Assembly (NCBI GenBank): GCA_964653415.1
Contig: CAZZFJ010000001.1
Span: 15,380 to 79,379, forward strand
DNA: 64,000 bases
DNA from: an uncultured Erysipelothrix sp.
GTDB taxonomy: Bacteria > Bacillota_I > Bacilli_A > Erysipelotrichales > Erysipelotrichaceae
Direction: 5' to 3'
Shown here one piece after another: positions 9,668 through 17,246 of the stretch (position 1 is its first letter; each line of letters starts with the position of its first letter). The notes beneath the pieces are model-generated. The model was not told the origin of the DNA. It searched no databases and worked only from the letters and a program-made list of their open reading frames with translations. The position numbers and the translations under genes are program-made.

Positions 9668-12380
9668 TTATTACTTCATGACAACGATCACAGAGATCAT
9701 CACTATGGACATGGGGCACAAGATTCCAGCATCGTGGACATGTTTCTCCCTCAAATGGAACAGCATCAACTTGGAAGTTCATTACTTCAGGTAATGTCTC
9801 TTGAGTAAATTGAACATCTGAAACAATGAACCATTGTTTTAAGCTTTCGCCTAGGTATTGATCCACAAGACTTTGATCCTCATCACTTAAGTTCAATAGT
9901 ACCTGAGCTTCTAAAGACTTACCAATCACCTTTAAGGCACGTTTGTCTTCTAAAGCTTTATATACCGCATCACGTAACTCAAACAAACGTTCAAATGCTT
10001 GAACTTCAACTTCACTTAATAAAGCTTCCTTGGGCTCTACAAAGCTTTGTAGGTGAATACTTTCATCTTCGGGTCTAAAGATTCTATTTAATTCCTCTGT
10101 TGTATAAACAAGAATGGGAGCTAATAAACGAGAATAGGTCAGTAAAGCTTCATATAAGACCGTTTGGATTTCACGTCTATTTTTTGAATCTAATTTTTCA
10201 ATATAAAGAATATCTTTTGTATAATCCAAGTAATAAGCACTCATCAGATTTGTTAGGGCAGTACTGATAGTTGTTGTAACACGTTGGAAATCATAGTTAG
10301 CATAGTACTTTTGCGATAATATATTGTGTTGGTTGACTTCATTTAAGACATAACGGTTTAAAGCACTCATATCTTCATATGAAACACGATCTGTCTCATA
10401 ATTGAAATCACTGAGGTTACCATGCATAAATCTGAAAGTATTGCGAATTTTACGATAAGTTTCACTCACTTGTTTAAGAACATTTTCTGAGAAAGGTGCA
10501 TCATTTTGATAATCCACAGAAGCAACCCATAAACGTAGAATATCTGCTCCTAATGTATTGAAAATATCACGTGGACTCTTAGCATTCCCTTTGGATTTAC
10601 TCATTTTTTCACCATCTTCTTGCATGATGAACCCATGAGATAAGACGGTTTTATAAGGTGCATGGTCATAAACAGAGGTTGCGATAATAAGTGATGAATT
10701 AAACCAACCACGGTACTGGTCAGATCCTTCTAGGTATAAATCAACAGGCAGTGGTGTTTCATCATGATTTAAAGCAGCAGTATGACTGGATCCTGAATCA
10801 AACCATACGTCCATAATATCCGTTTCTTTACGGAAAATACCATTAGGTGATGAAGGATGTGTATAGCCCTTAGGAAGCAAATCTTTTGCTTCTTTTTCAA
10901 ACCAAACATTAGTACCCTGCTCTTTTACTAAAGCAATCACATGATCTAAGACTTCTTTTTCTATAATAGGTGTATCATCTTCACCATAGAAAACAGGAAT
11001 GGGAACACCCCATACACGTTGACGTGAAATGGTCCAATCTCCGCGATCTGCAATCATATTGTGCATACGACGTTTTCCCCATGAAGGAATCCACTCCACT
11101 TCATTTTCAATAATATCTAAAACGCGTTCACGCACCTTATCAATGGAGGCAAACCATTGAGTGGTCGCGCGATAAATAACAGGTTTTTTTGTACGCCAAT
11201 CATGTGGGTAGGAGTGGGTAATCCAAGCCAATTTTAGTAAGGCTCCCACTTCATCTAAAGCAACGGTCACTTCTTTATTGGCTTTTTCAAAGAACATGCC
11301 TTCAAAAGGTCCTGTTACAGCCGTCAAATGTCCCTTATCATCAACTGGCATGATGGGTTGAATTCCATATTTTTTACAGACTTCAAAGTCTTCCTCACCA
11401 TGGTCAGGTGCCGTATGAACTGATCCAGTACCTGCATCATCAGTAACATGATCTCCCAGTAAAATAGGAGAAGTACGTTCATAAAGAGGGTGTTGAGTTG
11501 TAATGTTTTCAAACTCAGAACCCTTAAATTCATTAAGAATAGAACCCGTAAGTTCCAGTTCTTTTAAGACAGTTTCATAACGTGTTTTAAGTAAAATAAG
11601 TTTGCCTTTTTCAGTATCCACCAAGACATAATCTAAATCGGGATTCACTGAAATCGCAAGATTACCCGGAATGGTCCAAGGTGTGGTCGTCCAAATTACA
11701 AAATAAGTATCATTGTCTAGGACATTTTTCCCATCAACCACTTTAAACTTGACATAAATTTGTGGATCACGACGATCTTGGTATTCAATTTCTGCTTCAG
11801 CCAAAGCACTTTCACTGGATGGTGACCAGTAGACAGGGCGATGTCCCTTATAAATCATACCCTTTAAGGCCATTTTCGAGAACACTTCTAGTTGCTTCGC
11901 TTCGTAATCTTTATTTAATGTGATATAAGGATTATCATAATCCGCTACAGTCCCTAAGGCTTTTAAGTCTTCAACTTGAAGTGCTACTTGTTCACGCGCA
12001 AAGGCCTCACATAGTTTTCTAAATTCGGCTGTAGGCATTGATTTACGATCGACACCTCTTTTTTGCATTTCCACTTCAATTGGAAGTCCATGCGTATCCC
12101 ATCCTGGTCTATATGGTACTTTAAAACCAGCCATATATTTAGAACGCACTACAAAGTCTTTCAATGACTTATTGAGGGCATGACCTAAGTGGATGTTACC
12201 ATTTGCATAAGGAGGCCCATCATGAAAACCAAATACTTTCGCATCTTTTCTAGTTTCTAACATTCTTTGGTAAAGTTTGTCTTCCTCCCATGAGTTTCGA
12301 ATTTGCGGTTCTTTTTTGTTTAAATTTCCGCGCATCTCAAACTCAGTTTTTGGAAGATGTAAGGTATCTTTGTAGTTCAT
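9660..12380 (-). CDS. ileS: Isoleucyl-tRNA synthetase (type 1)
   Basis: HDGPPYANGNIHLGH, WTTTPWT, EGSDQYRGWF, KMSKS and a C-terminal CPRCW...CDRC zinc finger. Confidence 0.98.
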   Translation of the reverse strand: MNYKDTLHLPKTEFEMRGNLNKKEPQIRNSWEEDKLYQRMLETRKDAKVFGFHDGPPYANGNIHLGHALNKSLKDFVVRSKYMAGFKVPYRPGWDTHGLPIEVEMQKRGVDRKSMPTAEFRKLCEAFAREQVALQVEDLKALGTVADYDNPYITLNKDYEAKQLEVFSKMALKGMIYKGHRPVYWSPSSESALAEAEIEYQDRRDPQIYVKFKVVDGKNVLDNDTYFVIWTTTPWTIPGNLAISVNPDLDYVLVDTEKGKLILLKTRYETVLKELELTGSILNEFKGSEFENITTQHPLYERTSPILLGDHVTDDAGTGSVHTAPDHGEEDFEVCKKYGIQPIMPVDDKGHLTAVTGPFEGMFFEKANKEVTVALDEVGALLKLAWITHSYPHDWRTKKPVIYRATTQWFASIDKVRERVLDIIENEVEWIPSWGKRRMHNMIADRGDWTISRQRVWGVPIPVFYGEDDTPIIEKEVLDHVIALVKEQGTNVWFEKEAKDLLPKGYTHPSSPNGIFRKETDIMDVWFDSGSSHTAALNHDETPLPVDLYLEGSDQYRGWFNSSLIIATSVYDHAPYKTVLSHGFIMQEDGEKMSKSKGNAKSPRDIFNTLGADILRLWVASVDYQNDAPFSENVLKQVSETYRKIRNTFRFMHGNLSDFNYETDRVSYEDMSALNRYVLNEVNQHNILSQKYYANYDFQRVTTTISTALTNLMSAYYLDYTKDILYIEKLDSKNRREIQTVLYEALLTYSRLLAPILVYTTEELNRIFRPEDESIHLQSFVEPKEALLSEVEVQAFERLFELRDAVYKALEDKRALKVIGKSLEAQVLLNLSDEDQSLVDQYLGESLKQWFIVSDVQFTQETLPEVMNFQVDAVPFEGETCPRCWNLVPHVHSDDLCDRCHEVING

Positions 12381-12389
12381 TTTTTTCTC

Positions 12390-12600
12390 TCTCCTTAATT
12401 AAAAATAAAAAAGGCGCCCTAATATAGGACGCCTTAGCGTGGTACCACCTAAATTCATGATGTAAAACATCACGCACTTAATTCATCGATAACGAAATGA
12501 CCCGGTTTCTCTAACTATTCAAGAAACTAACTCACACGTGATATTCGATAAGTGTCGCTCTTCAGTTACACCAACCCTGAAGTCTCTATGAAACTACTTC
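12390..12600 (-). promoter_or_regulatory. T-box riboswitch (Ile specifier) upstream of ileS
   Basis: Minus strand has the stem I distal motif GAGACTTCAGGGTTGGTGTAACTGAAG, specifier ATC before GAA, T-box AATTTAGGTGGTACCACG and terminator AAGGCGTCCTATATTAGGGCGCCTT-T run. Confidence 0.92.
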
Positions 12601-13067
12601 TTAAAGAATGTGTCGTGATCTTTGTTAAATATCATTAAATTTTTGACAGCCTGAGCATCTACACCCGATAAAATATGAGCCAATTGGTGTGTTTTAAACT
12701 CCAATTTTTTCGTAATATCATAGTTATAGGATGCACTTGATTCCATTTCTTGAAGTACATTGTCGGCTGATGCAAGGACTTCCTGGATAATTAAATCAGC
12801 ATTTCTATATGCCTTGTTTATTATAGCACTTGCTTCTTGGTTTGCAAGTTCTATACGTTCCATAATGGCATCTTCTTTTTCCAACAAAGCGTCATATTTT
12901 TCTTCATAACTACGCTTCGCATAATCCAGCTGACTTACCAAGTGGGTAACTTGAGTTCTTAAACTGTTATTTTCATTAATAAGTTGTGCAATATCGGTTT
13001 CAAGACGTTGACGATTTTTTTCTTGATCCAGTATACTTTGACGTTTACCTGGTACGCTTTTCAGCAT
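12594..13067 (-). CDS. divIVA: DivIVA-like coiled-coil cell division protein (divergent N-terminus)
   Basis: Sits between sepF and ileS, the canonical divIVA slot. Coiled-coil with an ANQEASAIINKAYRNADLII pattern like the DivIVA C-terminal half. Confidence 0.6.
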   Translation of the reverse strand: MLKSVPGKRQSILDQEKNRQRLETDIAQLINENNSLRTQVTHLVSQLDYAKRSYEEKYDALLEKEDAIMERIELANQEASAIINKAYRNADLIIQEVLASADNVLQEMESSASYNYDITKKLEFKTHQLAHILSGVDAQAVKNLMIFNKDHDTFFKK

Positions 13068-13483
13068 TACTCATCAAGATCGTCGATATTCATGCTGATT
13101 TCGCCCTCAACTGACACTGAATTTGGAGCACATAGAATAACATCGTGGCCAATCTTTTGAATGGTACCATCTAATGCAAAAACTACGCCTGTCAAAAAGT
13201 CAATTGTTCGCTGTGCGAAGTCACGTTGTAATCGATGAAGATTCACAACTGCTGCACGCTTATCTTTAAGGAATCTAGCGACTTCTTCCGCTTCCTCAAA
13301 AGTTCTAGGTTCGAAAAGCACCATGTGTGTATCGGTTGGAAAACTCATACGCCCCTGGGATTTTGCTTTTTCATATTCGCTCAGCCCCTGAACAGGACCT
13401 TCAATTTCATCTGAATCAAACTCAATATACTCATCATCTTCAACCGGGTTCAAAATATTTTTAAATACATCTTTAAAACTCAT
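13067..13483 (-). CDS. sepF: Cell division protein SepF
   Basis: FEPRTFEEAEEVARFLK..AAVVNL..AQRTIDFLTGVVFALDGTIQKIG..VILCAP. Confidence 0.92.
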   Translation of the reverse strand: MSFKDVFKNILNPVEDDEYIEFDSDEIEGPVQGLSEYEKAKSQGRMSFPTDTHMVLFEPRTFEEAEEVARFLKDKRAAVVNLHRLQRDFAQRTIDFLTGVVFALDGTIQKIGHDVILCAPNSVSVEGEISMNIDDLDE

Positions 13484-13541
13484 GTTTTTACCTCCACTTT
13501 TGGATAGATTATATCATAATATTAACAATTAAGCATTATTT

Positions 13542-14078
13542 TTATTTTTCAACTTCCAATAAGCCATAGTCACCATCAAGACGCTTATAGACCACTGCAA
13601 CTTCATCTGTTTCTTCATCGGTATATATAAAGAATGTATGTCCTAAAAGTTCCATACTAAGAATTGCATCATTCAGTTCCATTTTCTCGGCATGTATTGT
13701 TTTTGTTCGCACTAATTTTGCTTCATCGACTTCATCTGTTGAACTTTCAATCAATTCAATAAATGCCTCAGACAAGCTCTCTCTATTCTTTCTTGAAAGC
13801 TTTGTTTTTTGACGGCGAATTTGATCTTCTAGTTTATCAACTGCGATATCTAGTGCTGCATAGAAATCATCATGTTGTACTTCAGCTCGTAAAATACCAA
13901 ATTTTGTATGAATGGTTATTTCCACTTCAATCGTTGGTTTTTGTGTTGTCACGATAACATTGGCGCGATAAGAATCATCTAGCTCAAAATATTTGTCCAT
14001 GAACTGAAGCTTTGCTTCAATTCTCTCGTGCATTGCATCCGTAATATTAATATTTTTTCCATGAATATAAACTAACAT
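13542..14078 (-). CDS. hpf: Ribosome hibernation promoting factor (long HPF)
   Basis: GKNINIT, DFYAALDIAVDKLEDQIRRQKTK, and C-terminal MELLGHTFFIY...VVYKRLDGDYGLLE. Confidence 0.93.
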   Translation of the reverse strand: MLVYIHGKNINITDAMHERIEAKLQFMDKYFELDDSYRANVIVTTQKPTIEVEITIHTKFGILRAEVQHDDFYAALDIAVDKLEDQIRRQKTKLSRKNRESLSEAFIELIESSTDEVDEAKLVRTKTIHAEKMELNDAILSMELLGHTFFIYTDEETDEVAVVYKRLDGDYGLLEVEK

Positions 14079-14094
14079 AATATAGCCTCCGTTT

Positions 14095-15075
14095 TCATAT
14101 TCTCTTTAAGTAGACACTTTCAAAAAATTTCATCTCAACACCCTCTGCACGACCCGTATCATAGCAGCGTCCTTGCAGTAAATTATCGAATGTTTCTCCC
14201 TTAGTTTCTAAAGCTTCACTCAATTTTTCAATTGATTGAATTCCAAGATCAATCGATTGATTATATAAGTCCACAAAACTTTGGGTTGAAGTCTGTGTAA
14301 GATCTGTAGGATTAGACCAAGTTTCATGCTTTAAATTTAGAACATCATATTTCGATTCAATCTTAGAACTCACCACATGACTGGAATACTTCCAAGGGCT
14401 GTGTTTTGCTTTTTCATAAGCAGATATGATATGAAAAGAAATATTGTTGGGATCATATACATAATTTAAAGTGATTCTAAATGTTTTAATTGCTTCTTCA
14501 ATCACTTTGGTATCTTCTTGTATATCAAAGATGACATATAGCATTCTTTGATAAAAAGAAGCAATGATGCGTCTTTGTTCTGCATTCACATCAACAAAGC
14601 GCTTAACACGAAGATCACTCAGTCGTTTTCTTTTGACAAAGGTAATCATCAGAGAATCAATCATTGACTCATAGCGATAATGATCATAGGGTCTTTGTCC
14701 TTGTAACGAACCGGAACGATAAAACACAAATGGATGCGCTAAAGAATCTAACGCCCAGTGTTGTAAGTGTCCAGCGAGATAAGAAATGAGAATTTCTTGT
14801 CTGTGTCCATCTTGGATAGATCCAATGAAGCTTACTGCTTCATTATAGAACTCATTGATCTGACTTGAATGGACGACATGGCCGTAATCAGCAACTTTCT
14901 TATTCAATTTCTGGTCTTGCCAAGGTAAAGCTTGGTAATAGAAAAGAATATCAGGACCATTACTTCCCAAAAGGTAGGCTTCTGGGAATTTTTTAATCGC
15001 TGATTTGACTGTAGATGCCTCTATTTGATTATAAACATCGAGTGCCATTAAACCATGCGTCACAAAATTTGGCAT
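14095..15075 (-). CDS. Zinc-dependent phospholipase C family protein
   Basis: MPNFVTH, LGSNGPDILFY, GHLQHWALDSLAHPFV and HYRYES metal-ligand pattern. Start at ATG 15075 after AAGGAGG. No signal peptide apparent. Confidence 0.75.
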   Translation of the reverse strand: MPNFVTHGLMALDVYNQIEASTVKSAIKKFPEAYLLGSNGPDILFYYQALPWQDQKLNKKVADYGHVVHSSQINEFYNEAVSFIGSIQDGHRQEILISYLAGHLQHWALDSLAHPFVFYRSGSLQGQRPYDHYRYESMIDSLMITFVKRKRLSDLRVKRFVDVNAEQRRIIASFYQRMLYVIFDIQEDTKVIEEAIKTFRITLNYVYDPNNISFHIISAYEKAKHSPWKYSSHVVSSKIESKYDVLNLKHETWSNPTDLTQTSTQSFVDLYNQSIDLGIQSIEKLSEALETKGETFDNLLQGRCYDTGRAEGVEMKFFESVYLKRI

Positions 15076-15137
15076 GATGGCCACCTCCTTTATATCTTAA
15101 ATACATTGTACCAATAACTCACAATTATTGCTATCAC

Positions 15138-16250
15138 TTAGATGAGTTTCATTAAATTTACATACTCCTTGTTTAAGGCTTTTGCGACCTGTGGATGCAC
15201 AATTTCCCCCGCATAAACATTCAAACCTCGAGCAATCCCCTCAGATGCAACAATCGCTTGTTCTAAACCTAAGTTTGCAATTTGAAGACCATAGTGAAGC
15301 GTTGCATTACCTAATGCTTGAGTTGCTGTCATCGGAACAGCTCCTGGCATATTCCCTACACAATAATGGATCACGCCATCCACCTCGAAAATGGGATCAT
15401 CATGGGTTGTAGGACGACTCGTCTCGGCGCAGCCTCCCTGATCAATTGCAACATCTACAATAACTGATCCTTTTTGCATTAAACTCAAATGGTTTCTCAT
15501 AATTAGCTTGGGCGTTTTTCCACCTGGTACAAGGACTGAACACACCACTAAATCCGCAGTCTTAAGCTCGCGTTCTAAACTAATTCTATCTGAGTATACC
15601 GTTTGAATTTGACCATTAAATACATCCGAAAAATAATCAAGTCTTGATAAATCTTTACCTAAGACAGTTACATTCGCTCCCATACCCAAAGCAGTCTTAC
15701 AAGCATTCATACCCACAACACCACTTCCAATGATAAGCACATTGCCCCCACGCACTCCTGGAACTCCTGATAAAAGTATTCCTTTACCACCATATTGCTT
15801 TTCTAAATATTTGGAGCCCTCCTGAATAGCCAGTCTTCCAGCCACCTCACTCATCGGCTTTAGCAAAGGCAAGCGACCAAACTCATCTTCAATTGTTTCA
15901 TAGGCAACAGCCTTCACCTTCTTCTTTTGAAGAATCTCTGCCAATCTTTGATCACTGGCCAAATGAAGGTAGGTGAAAAGGATGAGATCCTCTTTGAAAA
16001 ACTCATATTCAGATTCTAAAGGCTCTTTCACCTTCAACATCATTTCCGAAAAATCCCAAACATCTTTAGCACAAGTAGCTACTATTACACCAACAGCTTG
16101 GTAATCTTCATCACTGTAGCCACTGCCTAAACCGGCACCACTTTCAATCATGATTTCATGGCCAGCCATAATATATTCATCCGCATGTGATGGTGTTAGT
16201 CCTACTCTATTCTCAAAGGGTTTAATTTCTTTTACACATCCTATTTTCAT
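15138..16250 (-). CDS. ald: Alanine dehydrogenase
   Basis: MKIGCVKEIKPFENRVGLTP, LFTYLHLA, MSEVAGR, DVAIDQGGC and HYCVGNMPGAVP. Confidence 0.96.
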   Translation of the reverse strand: MKIGCVKEIKPFENRVGLTPSHADEYIMAGHEIMIESGAGLGSGYSDEDYQAVGVIVATCAKDVWDFSEMMLKVKEPLESEYEFFKEDLILFTYLHLASDQRLAEILQKKKVKAVAYETIEDEFGRLPLLKPMSEVAGRLAIQEGSKYLEKQYGGKGILLSGVPGVRGGNVLIIGSGVVGMNACKTALGMGANVTVLGKDLSRLDYFSDVFNGQIQTVYSDRISLERELKTADLVVCSVLVPGGKTPKLIMRNHLSLMQKGSVIVDVAIDQGGCAETSRPTTHDDPIFEVDGVIHYCVGNMPGAVPMTATQALGNATLHYGLQIANLGLEQAIVASEGIARGLNVYAGEIVHPQVAKALNKEYVNLMKLI

Positions 16251-16957
16251 TATAGTTTCTCCTTAACACGTTGGTAAAATTCTTCTCTTGAGCCACTCCA
16301 ATCTGAAACGTCATTATTATTTCTTGAAATTAGATAATCAGTGATAATCCAACCATCCATTCCCAGCTCCTTTGCAACCATGTCCTCTTCCATATCATTT
16401 CCAATCATTAAGCAATCCCTTGCCTCTAAATTATTGAATCTTAAGACTTCTTCAAAATATTTTTTTTGTGGCTTGGTTGCAGTATGAATTTCAAAATTTG
16501 AAACGAAATCAAAATCTTCAAGATTTAAACCCGAAAACTCTATACGCTTCTCAACTGCAATAGGAGGAAACATAGGGTTAGTTGCAACAATTAATCGATA
16601 ACCCCGACTCTTTAAATATTCTATAGTTTTGACCATCTTTGAATTATCATCAAAACCAGATTGTAAAATACTGAATTCATTTCTATAATATTCATCAAAC
16701 TTCGGTTCTAACACACTCGCCAGCTCATCCCCTAACAAACTTTTAAAGTGACTAAAAAATATTTGGTCGTTTGTGATATTGCTTGAATCTCTCATCATTA
16801 CCTGTAAAGCATCCATCATCGAATGCATCAGTGCTCTTGGTTCGATGTAGGGAGCAAGTTTTTGTCCCAAGGTGCTCAAGTATAGCTTTTCAAAATCATC
16901 ATTATCCATCGGCATCAAAGTACCGTCTAAATCAAATAATATGGCTTTATACTTCAT
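16250..16957 (-). CDS. HAD family hydrolase
   Basis: Motif I FDLDGTL, ATNP, KP and motif IV MIGNDMEED. Start at ATG 16957 after AAGGAGG. Confidence 0.88.
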   Translation of the reverse strand: MKYKAILFDLDGTLMPMDNDDFEKLYLSTLGQKLAPYIEPRALMHSMMDALQVMMRDSSNITNDQIFFSHFKSLLGDELASVLEPKFDEYYRNEFSILQSGFDDNSKMVKTIEYLKSRGYRLIVATNPMFPPIAVEKRIEFSGLNLEDFDFVSNFEIHTATKPQKKYFEEVLRFNNLEARDCLMIGNDMEEDMVAKELGMDGWIITDYLISRNNNDVSDWSGSREEFYQRVKEKL

Positions 16958-17065
16958 AATGACCTCCTTTATTTCGTATATTATACCATAAGACCCATTC
17001 CATATTTTCATAAAATTTCAAAATATATTGAAACTTCTTTCACGAATGTTTTTCACCTTCTCTAA

Positions 17066-17094
17066 TTGCACTAGAGGGCTTTAATTGATACAAT
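17066..17094 (+). promoter_or_regulatory. Sigma-A promoter for the mgtA leader and gene
   Basis: TTGCAC (17066-17071), 17-nt spacer, extended -10 TGaTACAAT (17086-17094). Gives a leader of about 145 nt. Confidence 0.65.
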
Positions 17095-17122
17095 GATGAA
17101 AGGAAGGATGTGGTGATATTAT

Positions 17123-17206
17123 ATGAAGCCTCGAAGTTGCAGTTCAGAGAAATGCGGACAGTTTCTCGACGAAGACCCTTGTAGTATCACAAGGAGCATC
17201 GCATAA
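17123..17206 (+). CDS. Putative mgtA leader peptide MKPRSCSSEKCGQFLDEDPCSITRSIA (alternative overlapping leader ORF at GTG 17113-17184)
   Basis: GGTGA 7 nt before ATG 17123. Lies wholly within the mgtA 5' leader and overlaps two hairpins. Confidence 0.35.
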   Translation: MKPRSCSSEKCGQFLDEDPCSITRSIA

Positions 17207-17246
17207 GAGATACTGACCATAATTATTATGGAAGGAGAATATACTT

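Noticed and set aside
17095-17246. M-box (ykoK) or yybP-ykoY riboswitch upstream of mgtA
   Set aside because: Core motifs such as GUUAGGUGAGGCUCCU or GGGGAGUA are absent, and the leader is short for an M-box.
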